64,000 nt of DNA, taken from Alteromonas sp. Its GTDB lineage: Bacteria > Margulisbacteria > Marinamargulisbacteria > UBA6595. A program made the translations under genes and the position numbers. The stretch is from assembly GCA_964220215.1 (NCBI GenBank), contig CAXPTH010000003.1:70216-134215 (forward strand), written 5' to 3'. This document shows, one piece after another, positions 47,953 to 58,135 of this stretch. Positions within the stretch are counted from its first letter, which is position 1. Each line of letters starts with the position of its first letter. The notes beneath the pieces are model-generated. The model had not been told where the DNA came from. It saw nothing but the letters and a program-made list of their open reading frames with translations, and ran no database searches.

Positions 47953-48960
47953 ATGAGCACAACACAACAAGCCGTTTACAAACAATTTGGGTTGGTCAAC
48001 ACCCAAGCTATGTTTAAAAAAGCCGTTACCGGTGGTTATGCCGTTGGCGCATACAACATTAATAATTTAGAGCAATTACAGGCTATTTTATTGGGCTGCA
48101 TTGAAACCAATGCCCCGGTTATTTTACAAATATCCAAAGGCGCACGCAGCTATGCCCATCCCACGTTGTTGCGCGCGATGGCCAGCGGGGCCATGGACTT
48201 TGTTCGGGATCACGGATCAAACATTCCTGTTGCCTTGCATTTGGATCACGGGGACTCGTTTGAGTTGTGCAAATGGTGTGTGGATAACGGGTTTTCGTCT
48301 GTTATGATTGATGCGTCGCATTTGCCCTATGAAGACAATATTGCCTTATCCAAGCAAGTGGCCGACTATGCCCATCAGTTTGGGGTATCCGTAGAAGCAG
48401 AACTGGGTGTTCTGGCCGGTATTGAAGAGGATGTGGTAGCGGCTGAATCCGTTTATACACAACCCGAAGAAGTCATTGACTTTGTTGGGCGTACTGGGGT
48501 GGATTCCTTGGCCATTTCAATTGGAACCAGTCACGGAGCGAACAAATTTACCCCTGAGCAATGCACCCGCAATGCGGAAGGCATCTTGGTGGGGCCACCG
48601 TTGCGATTTGATATTTTACATGAAATTGAGCAAAAGTTACCCGGATTCCCCATTGTGTTGCACGGATCTTCATCTGTAATGCCCGATTATATTCGGGATA
48701 TTTTAGCCTTTGGCGGGCACATTGAAAACCCGGTGGGTGTTGCGGAAACGCAATTGCGTGAAGCGGCCAAATCTGCCGTATGCAAGATGAATATTGACAG
48801 CGACGGTCGCTTAGCAATGACGGCTGCTGTTCGGAAGTTTTTAGCTGAAAACACGGAAAGCTTTGACCCTCGGCACTATTTTGGAGCAGCACGAGACCGA
48901 TTAAAAGACTTGGTTAAATATAAAAATACCCACGTATTAGGCTCCACGAACCAAGCCTAG
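47953..48960 (+). CDS. fba: fructose-bisphosphate aldolase, class II
   Basis: Motifs GAYNINNLEQ, LHLDHG and LHGSSS. A GAGGT SD precedes the ATG at 47953. Confidence 0.88.
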   Translation: MSTTQQAVYKQFGLVNTQAMFKKAVTGGYAVGAYNINNLEQLQAILLGCIETNAPVILQISKGARSYAHPTLLRAMASGAMDFVRDHGSNIPVALHLDHGDSFELCKWCVDNGFSSVMIDASHLPYEDNIALSKQVADYAHQFGVSVEAELGVLAGIEEDVVAAESVYTQPEEVIDFVGRTGVDSLAISIGTSHGANKFTPEQCTRNAEGILVGPPLRFDILHEIEQKLPGFPIVLHGSSSVMPDYIRDILAFGGHIENPVGVAETQLREAAKSAVCKMNIDSDGRLAMTAAVRKFLAENTESFDPRHYFGAARDRLKDLVKYKNTHVLGSTNQA

Positions 48961-48968
48961 TTCAGCCC

Positions 48969-49466
48969 ATGTTGCTGGATACTTTTCATGACCTGTCTGC
49001 CCTATGCCAGCATTGCGATGCGTGGCGACAGGCTGGCGAAACCCTCGTGTTTACCAACGGCTGCTTTGATGTGTTCCATGCCGGACATGCTGTTTATTTA
49101 GACGAGGCTCGGGCCTTGGGGGATCGGTTAATTGTGGGCATTAACTCCGATGCTAGCGTGCGTCGGCTTAAAGGCAATACGCGCCCCATCGTACCATTAA
49201 CCGGGCGCGGCCTGGTGCTCAACGCGCTTCAGTCTGTGGATGCGGTAATTGCCTTTGAATCCGATACCCCGATTCCCATTATTCAAGCCCTAAAACCCGA
49301 TATTCATGTCAAAGGCGGTGATTATTCAGACCCGACCGCCTTACCCGAGTACCCGATTGTCTCAGCCTATGGGGGGCGCGTTGTGCTGCTGTCATTTTTG
49401 GATGGGTTTTCAACCTCTTCCATCATTCAGACCATTCAACATGGACCAAATCACCGGGGTCATTGA
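48969..49466 (+). CDS. D-glycero-beta-D-manno-heptose 1-phosphate adenylyltransferase (stand-alone RfaE/HldE domain II)
   Basis: 165 aa cytidylyltransferase fold with FTNGCFDVFHAGHAVYLDEAR. Confidence 0.75.
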   Translation: MLLDTFHDLSALCQHCDAWRQAGETLVFTNGCFDVFHAGHAVYLDEARALGDRLIVGINSDASVRRLKGNTRPIVPLTGRGLVLNALQSVDAVIAFESDTPIPIIQALKPDIHVKGGDYSDPTALPEYPIVSAYGGRVVLLSFLDGFSTSSIIQTIQHGPNHRGH

Positions 49467-51597
49467 ACGCATTACCTATCAGCACGACAACGGGTTTACC
49501 GTTGCTAAAATCCAAACCAACACGCACGCTAAGCCCATTGCCATAACCGGTCATCTGGGCGATATTCATGTGGGCCAATCCATCACCTGTACGGGTCATT
49601 GGGAAACCAATGCCAATTATGGCCAGCAGTTTAGTGTTCAGACTCACACCATTCAGCCGCCAACGACCGCTAGCGGCATTGAGCGATATTTGCGTTCCGG
49701 CGCAATTAAAGGCATTGGGCCGGTGTATGCCAAAAAAATTGTGGATCACTTTGGAGAGGAAACCCTTCGTATATTAGATACCGACAGTACCCAACTGCAT
49801 GCCGTTCCCGGTTTGGGCAAAAAACGCATCGCGCTCATTCAGGCCTCCCTGCGCAACAGCCAAGCCAATCGGGACTTATTGCTATTTTTGTCTGACCACC
49901 AGTTATCGCATACCTGGGCCACTAAAATTCAAGAACAATACGGCAGCAATAGCCTATCGGTCATTCAAAACAACCCGTACATATTGGCGAAAGACATCTC
50001 GGGTATTGGCTTTAAAACCGCGGATCAATTGGCCCATCGACTGGGCATTCGCCACGATGACCCCAATCGCATTGATGTGGGTATTTTACATTGTTTAGAG
50101 ACCCTCAATGGGCATACCTGCTGCCCCGTAGACACCCTTGTGAAAAATACCGCCACCGTGCTGGATTTGGCCGACTATGCGGTGATTCAGCATCGCATAC
50201 ACGCCCTAATTGACCAAGAGACCCTGTATGCATCCAGCATCGAGGGAACCCCCATGATATGGACCCGACCATTGGCCATGGCTGAATGGGGCATCGCCAA
50301 TGAATTGCGTCGGATTCAACACACCCAAGTCCGGGCCCCATTAACTGACATTATTGAAAACCTAGCCCAATTGGAACGTCGGGTTGGCCTAACCTTGGAC
50401 CCGGCTCAAAAACAAGCCATTTGCCAAGCAGTTACCCAGCCCTTCCACGCCATTACTGGCGGACCAGGCACCGGGAAAAGCACCCTAACTCGCATGATCA
50501 CGGGTCTGTTTTATAATCAAAAATCGTTGCTTCTTTTGGCCCCAACGGGGCGCGCCGCCAAGCGACTATCCCAAGCCACGCAACTGGTGGCTAAAACCAT
50601 TCACAGTGCCTTAAGCTACGATTTTGCTACGGGTGAGTTTAGTTACAACAAAAAACGGCCATTGACGCATGATGTTGTTGTGGTGGATGAAGCCAGCATG
50701 ATTGACACCCGACTGTTTCATCAGCTCCTGATGGCCATCCCCAGTCACGCTCAGCTGATTCTGATTGGCGATGTGGATCAACTACCCAGCATCGGCCCAG
50801 GAACCGTACTGCGGGATATTCTAAATAGCCCAGGCCTGTCCAAAACATACTTAACCCATATTTTTCGACAAGCGCAAGGCTCCCATATTATTCGGCATGC
50901 CCACAGTATTCAGCGAGGCGACATCCCCCAGTTTGTGCATGGCCCTGAATCCGACTGTTTTTTTATGGAGGCCGATGATCCGGATACAATTTTACAGGAT
51001 ATTGCCCACATCATGACCCATCGACTCCCTAAAAAATACGGCATTCACCCACAAACAGATTGCCAAATATTATCCCCCATGAACACGGGTCCCCTGGGTG
51101 TGCACGCATTTAATACGGAGCTGCAACAGCGACTCAATCACCACAACCCCATTCTACTAACCGCACCCGATGGAACTGAATACCGCAAAGATGACAAAAT
51201 CATCCAATTGCGAAACAATTATGATTCAGGCGTATTTAACGGCGATATTGGCACCGTCGATGCCTACTATGCAGATCGAAAAACCCTCTTTATTCGGTTT
51301 GATGAACGCGATGTTGAATACAAACTACCGGATTTAATTGATATTCGACTGGCCTATGCCGTGTCCATTCACAAATACCAAGGCAGTGAATGCCCCTATG
51401 TTATCATTCCCATCCATCGCATGCATCAGCACATGCTAAATCGAAATTTACTCTATACAGCGCTGACTCGTGGGAAACGCATGGTTATCTTAATGGGGCA
51501 ACCCACGGCATTGCACACGGCCATTCACAATACGTCTGCCATCCATCGACATACGGGATTAGGCTATTTTTTAACGGCATCAAATTCAACCAAATAA
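49441..51597 (+). CDS. recD2: RecD2-type SF1 DNA helicase
   Basis: Motifs GGPGTGKST, VVVDEASMID and SIHKYQGSE, plus an N-terminal OB/HhH region. Start moved to MDQITGVIERITYQ (ATG 49441); the track extension overlaps the upstream gene. Confidence 0.85.
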   Translation: MDQITGVIERITYQHDNGFTVAKIQTNTHAKPIAITGHLGDIHVGQSITCTGHWETNANYGQQFSVQTHTIQPPTTASGIERYLRSGAIKGIGPVYAKKIVDHFGEETLRILDTDSTQLHAVPGLGKKRIALIQASLRNSQANRDLLLFLSDHQLSHTWATKIQEQYGSNSLSVIQNNPYILAKDISGIGFKTADQLAHRLGIRHDDPNRIDVGILHCLETLNGHTCCPVDTLVKNTATVLDLADYAVIQHRIHALIDQETLYASSIEGTPMIWTRPLAMAEWGIANELRRIQHTQVRAPLTDIIENLAQLERRVGLTLDPAQKQAICQAVTQPFHAITGGPGTGKSTLTRMITGLFYNQKSLLLLAPTGRAAKRLSQATQLVAKTIHSALSYDFATGEFSYNKKRPLTHDVVVVDEASMIDTRLFHQLLMAIPSHAQLILIGDVDQLPSIGPGTVLRDILNSPGLSKTYLTHIFRQAQGSHIIRHAHSIQRGDIPQFVHGPESDCFFMEADDPDTILQDIAHIMTHRLPKKYGIHPQTDCQILSPMNTGPLGVHAFNTELQQRLNHHNPILLTAPDGTEYRKDDKIIQLRNNYDSGVFNGDIGTVDAYYADRKTLFIRFDERDVEYKLPDLIDIRLAYAVSIHKYQGSECPYVIIPIHRMHQHMLNRNLLYTALTRGKRMVILMGQPTALHTAIHNTSAIHRHTGLGYFLTASNSTK

Positions 51598-51721
51598 TAC
51601 ACCAGAAAATTTCAATAGCACATTATTAAAAACTGTTTTTACTTATTATTTTAAAAAAAATTAACAATTATTCTACTTGACCCTGATTGCATACAGTCTG
51701 GTATTCTAATTCTCACATCGT

Positions 51722-51758
51722 GTATTGCCGTGCACAGCAATACCTTTTGAGTTTATTT
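51722..51758 (+). terminator. hairpin plus T-rich tract in the recD2-nrdA spacer (recD2 terminator or nrdA leader attenuator)
   Basis: GTATTGC-cgtgcaca-GCAATAC (51722-51743) is followed by CTTTTGAGTTTATTT. A possible promoter, TTGACC (51677) -19 nt- TATTCT (51702), lies just upstream. Confidence 0.3.
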
Positions 51759-51844
51759 AAGTTTTTTAGATTTTAGTTTTTAAGTTCTTTAGATTTACAT
51801 AAGCATTCACAATAACTTTAACTTCATAACCTGTAGGAGGAAAC

Positions 51845-54523
51845 ATGAGCAGTACCATTGAGTATATTATAAAGCGCACCGGTGAATCGGTTCCCTTTGA
51901 CCAAGCTCGAATTTTTCGAGCCATTGAAAAAGCCTTTTTGTCTACCAATGTCTCAGACCCGTCCGCTGTTTCAGAATTAACCGACGCCGTTTTAGAACGC
52001 ATTGACACCAGCACTGGCATTGCCCATGTGGAAGATGTTCAAGATACCGTCGAATTGGTACTCATGGACAATGGCTATACGACTATTGCGAAAAACTTTA
52101 TTTTATATCGTGAGCAGCACAAACGAGCCCGTGAAGAAAAGATTTTAAAAGCCATTGCAGATAAGCAGTTAACCGTTACGCATCCAGATGGTACTACGTC
52201 CATATACAACCCTCATGATACGAAGGCCTTGTTGAATCAAATTGGGATGAATTTAAATCACATTGATACGCATTTGCTCTTGGATACTGTGAACCGCAAT
52301 GTCTACCCACGCATTCCGGCGCGTGAAGTTGAAATTTTGATTTTGAATGCCGCACGCGACAACATTGAACGGCACTATGATTACGATACATTATCGGCTC
52401 GCATTGCGTTGAATCGATTGTATGAGCAATGTTTAGGCGATGGGTTTAACACGCCCAATTTAGCTCAGCTTTACCAAGAAAAGTTTGCCAATTATGTTCA
52501 ACAAGGCATCCAAGAAACCATGCTGGATCCACGATTGGCTGACTTCAACCTAGACACGTTGGGTGCCGCCATTCAAGCCGATAATGACAAACTATTTCAG
52601 TACTTGGGCATTCAAATTTTAAGCGACCGCTATTTATTGCGAGACCGAACAAAAAGCAAAGTCATTTATGAGCTTCCCCAGTGGTTCTGGATGCGGGTGG
52701 CCATGGGCTTGGCCTTGCAAGAAGCCGATCGAGAGGCTCGAGCCATTGAATTTTATACAGTATTGTCCAACATGGATTTGGTCTCATCAACGCCGACACT
52801 ATTTAATAGTGGGACATTGCACAGTCAAATGAGCTCCTGTTATCTCAATACAGTCGATGATTCCTTGACCCATATTTTCAAAGTCTATTCAGACAATGCA
52901 CAGTTGAGCAAATGGGCCGGCGGGATTGGGACGGATTGGTCCAATATTCGAGCGACCGGATCCAACATTCGAGGCACCAATGGCGAAAGCCAGGGCGTCA
53001 TTCCCTTTATTAAAATTTTTAATGACATTGCCTTGGCAGTTAACCAAGGTGGGAAGCGAAAAGGCGCCATGTGTGCGTACATGGAAGTTTGGCATGCCGA
53101 TTTTGAGCAATTCTTAGAGCTTAAGAAAAACACCGGGGATGAGCGTCGGCGTGCCCACGATATTAATACCGCCGCTTGGATTCCGGACTTGTTTATGAAA
53201 CGGGTTCAAAACAACGAGCCCTGGACCTTCTTTTGTCCATCGGATGTTCCGGATTTGCATGATCTATATGGGCAAGCATTTGAACAACGCTACGTTGAGT
53301 ATGAAGGCCAAAATTTACCGAGTGCTCGCCAAATTGGGGCGGTTGATTTGTGGCGAAAAATTATCACAATGCTTTATGAAACTGGGCATCCTTGGATTAC
53401 CTTTAAAGACCCGATTAATGTCCGAAGCCCTCAAGATCATGTAGGCGTGGTTCATTCATCCAACTTGTGTACCGAAATTACGCTCAATACCTCCACGGAA
53501 GAAACCGCGGTGTGTAACTTGGCCAGTTTAAATTTAGCCAAGTTTATTACTGAAACCGGTGAGCTGAACCACACAAAACTACGCCGTGTCATTCAAACCG
53601 GGATTCGTATGTTGGATAATGTCATTGACAACAACTACTACCCCACCGAAGAAGCCAAAACGGCCAATTTGCGACACCGGGCCATTGGTTTGGGGATGAT
53701 GGGATATCAAGATGCCTTGTATCAGCTCAATATTGCATTTGATTCTCAAGCTGCGGTTGACTTTGCGGATCAATCCATGGAAAGCATTGCCTACTATGCC
53801 ATTTTATCCAGCTCCCTGTTAGCCAAAGAACGCGGCAGCTACAGCTCTTATGCGGGGAGTAAATGGGATCGAAATTTATTTCCCCAAGACACCTTGCAGC
53901 TATTGGAAAAGGAGCGTGGTGAAGCCCTCGTATTGGATCAGTCATCCCATTTGGACTGGACGGAGGTTCGAGACCACGTGAAACAGTATGGCATGCGAAA
54001 CAGCAACGTGATGGCGATTGCCCCCACGGCAACCATTGCCAATATTAGCGGCGTGTATCCATGTACCGAGCCAGCCTACAAAAACATGTACATGAAAGAA
54101 AACTTATCCGGTAGTTTTGTAATCATTAATCAATACTTAATTGATCGCTTACAAGCGTTGGGTCTATGGAACACGGGCTTGCTCAATAAATTAAAGTTGC
54201 ATAACGGATCCATTCAAGCGATTGATGACATTCCCAATGAAATCAAAGCAGTCTTTAAGGAAGTATTTGAAGTTGATGCCCGCTTTATTCTAGAGGCGGC
54301 CGCTCGCCGAGCCAAGTGGATTGATCAGTCTGCATCAACCAATGTCTTTACACGAACAACCAGTGGTCGGGTCTTAGGAGATATTTATCAAACGGCTTGG
54401 AAAATGGGTTTAAAAACAACCTATTATTTACGAACATTAGCGGCATCACAAGTAGAAAAAGCTGGGGTTGAAACAGCCGTCGCCTGTTCAATTACAGACC
54501 CCAACTGCGAAGCATGTCAATAA
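51845..54523 (+). CDS. nrdA: ribonucleoside-diphosphate reductase alpha subunit (class I)
   Basis: 892 aa. It has an N-terminal ATP-cone (IIKRTGESVPFDQARIFRAIEKAF), the active site SNLCTEI and a C-terminal Cys pair, CEAC. An SD (aggagg) precedes the ATG. Confidence 0.93.
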   Translation: MSSTIEYIIKRTGESVPFDQARIFRAIEKAFLSTNVSDPSAVSELTDAVLERIDTSTGIAHVEDVQDTVELVLMDNGYTTIAKNFILYREQHKRAREEKILKAIADKQLTVTHPDGTTSIYNPHDTKALLNQIGMNLNHIDTHLLLDTVNRNVYPRIPAREVEILILNAARDNIERHYDYDTLSARIALNRLYEQCLGDGFNTPNLAQLYQEKFANYVQQGIQETMLDPRLADFNLDTLGAAIQADNDKLFQYLGIQILSDRYLLRDRTKSKVIYELPQWFWMRVAMGLALQEADREARAIEFYTVLSNMDLVSSTPTLFNSGTLHSQMSSCYLNTVDDSLTHIFKVYSDNAQLSKWAGGIGTDWSNIRATGSNIRGTNGESQGVIPFIKIFNDIALAVNQGGKRKGAMCAYMEVWHADFEQFLELKKNTGDERRRAHDINTAAWIPDLFMKRVQNNEPWTFFCPSDVPDLHDLYGQAFEQRYVEYEGQNLPSARQIGAVDLWRKIITMLYETGHPWITFKDPINVRSPQDHVGVVHSSNLCTEITLNTSTEETAVCNLASLNLAKFITETGELNHTKLRRVIQTGIRMLDNVIDNNYYPTEEAKTANLRHRAIGLGMMGYQDALYQLNIAFDSQAAVDFADQSMESIAYYAILSSSLLAKERGSYSSYAGSKWDRNLFPQDTLQLLEKERGEALVLDQSSHLDWTEVRDHVKQYGMRNSNVMAIAPTATIANISGVYPCTEPAYKNMYMKENLSGSFVIINQYLIDRLQALGLWNTGLLNKLKLHNGSIQAIDDIPNEIKAVFKEVFEVDARFILEAAARRAKWIDQSASTNVFTRTTSGRVLGDIYQTAWKMGLKTTYYLRTLAASQVEKAGVETAVACSITDPNCEACQ

Positions 54524-54539
54524 AATAGGAGAATATACT

Positions 54540-55631
54540 ATGACCAGTCAAAATCAAACCGATAACCAAACAGCATCCCGCCGATCCTTGTTTCAAGCCG
54601 AGTTTAATAACGAAAGTTTGAGCAATGCTGAAATTATTAATAAACGCCGGGTCATCAATGGGTATGATGATGGCCTCATGCAGGTGTCGCCGCTCAAGCA
54701 CCCGTGGGCGCGTGAAATTTTTAAAAATATGCAACGCAACAACTGGGTTGCAGAAGAAGTTCCCTTTCAAAAAGATAAAGAACAATGGGAAAGCGGGGCC
54801 CTAACCGATCAAGAAAAAGATACGTTTTTGCGTGCTTTAGCCTTTGCCTCTAACTTGGATGGCTTATTGGTTCACTCACTCAGTGAAATTATCAAGCCCA
54901 GCATTACGAGTCCGGAAGTATCCCTTGCAATAGCTCGCCAAATTTATGAAGAGTGTTTGCATGTCGATAGCTACTCCGTCATGATTGAAGCGGTTGGCCT
55001 TAATCCAGAAGATGTGTATGGTTTATATCGCCGAGACAAATCGTTGTACTACAAAAACAAACGCGTTTGGGAATCGATGTTTAAAATCAAGCGCCCCGAT
55101 TTTGATACTAAAAATACCGAAGATGCCAAATTGTTTTTAGAAGCGTGTACAACCAATTTGATTTTTGAAGGCATTTTCTTTTTTAGCGCATTTTTAGTCT
55201 TTTACAATTTTGGTCGGCACAAAAAAATGCCCGGCTCCAAAGAAATGATCCAATTCATTAATCGGGATGAAGATTTACATGTGCAGTTGTTCGTTAATAT
55301 TATTAATGAAATTAAACGCGAACAGCCTGAATTATGGACCCAAGCGGTTCAAGATAAAATGGTGAAAAATATCGTTGATGCCGTTCAAATGGAATATGAA
55401 TGGGGATGCTCTTGCATAGGGGATGGAATCTTGGGCATCACACCCGATACATTAAAAGAATACATTCAATTTATTGGTGATTTGCGTCTAACAGCTATTG
55501 GGTTGCCCAAAGCCTTCAATACGAAGAACCCATTTCCTTGGATTGATGAGTTTACCCAAGGCAATATGATAGAAGTGAACTTTTTTGAAGGCACCGTACG
55601 CGAATACCAGACCGGTAGTTTGGAGTGGTAA
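54540..55631 (+). CDS. nrdB: ribonucleoside-diphosphate reductase beta subunit
   Basis: It has the di-iron ligands and radical Tyr in EECLHVDSY, and also EGIFFFSAF and RDEDLHV. Start at ATG 54540, behind an aggag SD. Confidence 0.9.
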   Translation: MTSQNQTDNQTASRRSLFQAEFNNESLSNAEIINKRRVINGYDDGLMQVSPLKHPWAREIFKNMQRNNWVAEEVPFQKDKEQWESGALTDQEKDTFLRALAFASNLDGLLVHSLSEIIKPSITSPEVSLAIARQIYEECLHVDSYSVMIEAVGLNPEDVYGLYRRDKSLYYKNKRVWESMFKIKRPDFDTKNTEDAKLFLEACTTNLIFEGIFFFSAFLVFYNFGRHKKMPGSKEMIQFINRDEDLHVQLFVNIINEIKREQPELWTQAVQDKMVKNIVDAVQMEYEWGCSCIGDGILGITPDTLKEYIQFIGDLRLTAIGLPKAFNTKNPFPWIDEFTQGNMIEVNFFEGTVREYQTGSLEW

Positions 55632-55640
55632 TCCTAATTT

Positions 55641-56969
55641 ATGATTGAATCCGTATTATTCAAACACATGCCATTGGTTCTTCCCAATGGCATTTTTGAG
55701 GGGGACTTACTGATTAGAAACGGTAAAATTGACGCAATTGGCCCCTCGTTGTCTGTGCATGCCGAACGGGTGATTCACGAGCCCGGCCTAACAGTATGCC
55801 CCGGATTTATTGATGCCCATGTGCATTTTCGAGAACCGGGTCCAACTCACAAAGAAACCATCCAAACAGGCAGTCAAGCCGCTGCGGCTGGTGGCATTAC
55901 TACCTTTTTTGAAATGCCCAACACCAATCCCATGACCGTGGATCAAGCGACTTTAGATCAAAAAAAACAAATTGCGGCAGATACATCTCTGGTAAACTAT
56001 GCCTTTTTCATAGGAGCAACGCGCCAAAACTTGCACATGTTGGATGCCATTACCGGCATTCCCGGGATTAAATTATTTGCTGGCTCATCCACAGGCGATT
56101 TATTGCTTAGTGAGCCCGAGCAATGGGAAACTCTATTCTCTCGCACACACCATCGAATTAGTGTACATTCGGAAGATGAAAGCATGATTCGAGCCAAGCA
56201 TGCCAATCGAACCGGGCATGAAACCGCTGCCGAGCATCCGCACATGCGTCCGAGTGAAGCGGCCATCCGGTGTACAGAAGCCCTCACCCAATTGGCAATA
56301 CGCCATCAAAAACACCTGCATATTTGTCATTTAACCACCGCAGAAGAATGTGCCTATTTACACCAACTGAATTCGCCCTATGTAACCTGTGAGGTAACAC
56401 CCCAGCATTTGTTTTGCAATGCGGATGATTATGCTGAATGGGGAACGTATTTGCAAATTAACCCACCCATACGGGATGCCCGGCACCAAGCGGCATTATG
56501 GAGCGCCCTACTATCGGGAACCATTCCCATGATTGCCAGTGACCATGCCCCGCATCAACGCCATGAAAAAGACCAGCCCTATGGACAAGCCCCATCGGGA
56601 ATGCCCATTGTCCAGCTCACGATTCCATTGGTGTTAAATGCGATGCATGAGGGGCGATTTAAATTGGGTGATGTTGTCCGATGGTGTGCGCAAAACCCCA
56701 GTGATATTTATGGCATTGCCAATAAAGGTCGGCTTGCGGTTGGGTATGATGCTGATATTACCTTGGTAGACTTGAAACGCACTCAAACCGTTCAATCCAA
56801 GCACTTATTATCCAAATCCAATTGGTCTGTGTTTGAAGGGAAAAAACTTACAGGCTGGCCCATTATAACCATCGTTAATGGGCAATTGGTCTATGAAGAC
56901 GGGGCCTGCTATCCCAACCCACACAGTGCTCAACCGGTGGCGTTTCATGCGGTTGAATCAATAGCCTAG
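55641..56969 (+). CDS. pyrC: dihydroorotase (class I amidohydrolase)
   Basis: Motifs FIDAHVHFREPG, FEMPNT, EVTPQHL, INPPIRD and ASDHAPH..EK. Confidence 0.8.
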   Translation: MIESVLFKHMPLVLPNGIFEGDLLIRNGKIDAIGPSLSVHAERVIHEPGLTVCPGFIDAHVHFREPGPTHKETIQTGSQAAAAGGITTFFEMPNTNPMTVDQATLDQKKQIAADTSLVNYAFFIGATRQNLHMLDAITGIPGIKLFAGSSTGDLLLSEPEQWETLFSRTHHRISVHSEDESMIRAKHANRTGHETAAEHPHMRPSEAAIRCTEALTQLAIRHQKHLHICHLTTAEECAYLHQLNSPYVTCEVTPQHLFCNADDYAEWGTYLQINPPIRDARHQAALWSALLSGTIPMIASDHAPHQRHEKDQPYGQAPSGMPIVQLTIPLVLNAMHEGRFKLGDVVRWCAQNPSDIYGIANKGRLAVGYDADITLVDLKRTQTVQSKHLLSKSNWSVFEGKKLTGWPIITIVNGQLVYEDGACYPNPHSAQPVAFHAVESIA

Positions 56970-57581
56970 ATGCAAACTTGTGTGAGTTATGCGTGTTTGC
57001 TCGATTGTCCGGGCTGCCCGCTCAAAACGCCTGCAAACCGCCCAGCCCTCCCGCACTCAGAGACTTCGCCTTGGTTTCCCATGACCAAGCGATGGTTCTT
57101 TCATCACATTGTGGGGGGGGAGCCGTTATTGGCCAACCCAACGGAATGGCTGGCTTTGACTCAAGGGCATCGCGTGCATCTATGGACCACGGGCATTGGC
57201 AAGCCGTATTTGGATCCGCTATTGCCGTACATTCACCGCATTACAGTATTTGTTCCGGCGTATGGCCAAGCGGAATATTTAGACCATACGGGGTATGATG
57301 GTTGGGATCAACTCAACACAACGATTCAATGGATTCAGGATGCCCAAATTCCCCTACGGATCACGACCCTGGTTCGCCCCAGCACGATTCAGACATTGCC
57401 AGACTTTTATACCTGGACGCAGGATATTGCTAAAGCGCCGTTCATTCTTCAATATATTCCCACCGATGCATGGTCATCCCCATTATCGATTGAATACATT
57501 CAGCATATGCGCAAAAAAAAGAATTGTCGTGTTATTAGAAAAAAACCCGGTAGTGGGTATTGCTTAGGAGTTATACAATGA
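56970..57581 (+). CDS. small radical-SAM-like protein
   Basis: 203 aa with CxxxCxxC at residues 9-16 (ACLLDCPGC), then IVGGEPLL and a half-barrel-like pattern. Its ATG directly abuts the pyrC TAG, and its TGA overlaps the next ATG. Confidence 0.55.
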   Translation: MQTCVSYACLLDCPGCPLKTPANRPALPHSETSPWFPMTKRWFFHHIVGGEPLLANPTEWLALTQGHRVHLWTTGIGKPYLDPLLPYIHRITVFVPAYGQAEYLDHTGYDGWDQLNTTIQWIQDAQIPLRITTLVRPSTIQTLPDFYTWTQDIAKAPFILQYIPTDAWSSPLSIEYIQHMRKKKNCRVIRKKPGSGYCLGVIQ

Positions 57582-58135
57582 AAAAAACAGATTTGCCGGA
57601 TGGTGTTTTGCGTCAATCCCCACGGATTCATGAATCGGCCTGGGTGGCGCCCAGTGCGGATATTATTGGGGATGTGGTGTTGCATGAATCGGCATCGGTG
57701 TGGTTTTCCGCTGTGTTGCGGGGGGATATTCAATCAATTTTGGTGGGTGCCCGTAGCAATATTCAGGATGGTGTTGTGGTGCATGTTGAAAATGATCGGG
57801 GCGTGGTCATTGGGGATTCGGTCACGATTGGCCATCGGGCGGTGATTCATGGATGCACGATTGAATCGGGGGTGTTGATTGGCATGGGGGCCATTATTTT
57901 AAATGGGGCGGTCATTCAATCCGGCGCAGCGATTGGCGCCGGAACTGTGATCAAAGAAAACACCCGAGTCGGCCCCAATGAATTGTGGGTGGGCGTTCCC
58001 GGACGCTATGTCAAAACAGTCCAGGGGAACTATGATACCCATTTGCAATGGGCTGAAAAATACGTCCAACTAGCGCACTGCTATCGAGGGCGCTTAGCTG
58101 CCGCCAGCACATCAGGATCACGCTGCAATTCCTGA
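57578..58135 (+). CDS. gamma-carbonic-anhydrase-like hexapeptide-repeat (LbH) protein
   Basis: Motifs VWFSAVLRGD, NIQDGVVVH and IGHRAVIHGC. An aggag SD precedes the ATG at 57578. The last ~15 codons lie antisense to the DUF4116-like fragment. Confidence 0.8.
   Translation: MKKTDLPDGVLRQSPRIHESAWVAPSADIIGDVVLHESASVWFSAVLRGDIQSILVGARSNIQDGVVVHVENDRGVVIGDSVTIGHRAVIHGCTIESGVLIGMGAIILNGAVIQSGAAIGAGTVIKENTRVGPNELWVGVPGRYVKTVQGNYDTHLQWAEKYVQLAHCYRGRLAAASTSGSRCNS

Noticed and set aside
49306-49440. A 45-codon N-terminal extension of recD2 in the ORF track, overlapping the heptose adenylyltransferase gene.
   Set aside because: The extension is a frame-shadow of the upstream gene. Conserved RecD2-like sequence begins at MDQITGVIERITYQ (ATG 49441).
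51598-51844. NrdR operator boxes upstream of nrdA.
   Set aside because: The only palindrome-like stretch (cacatcgtgt) is short and imperfect, and there is no pair of ~16-bp boxes at helical spacing.
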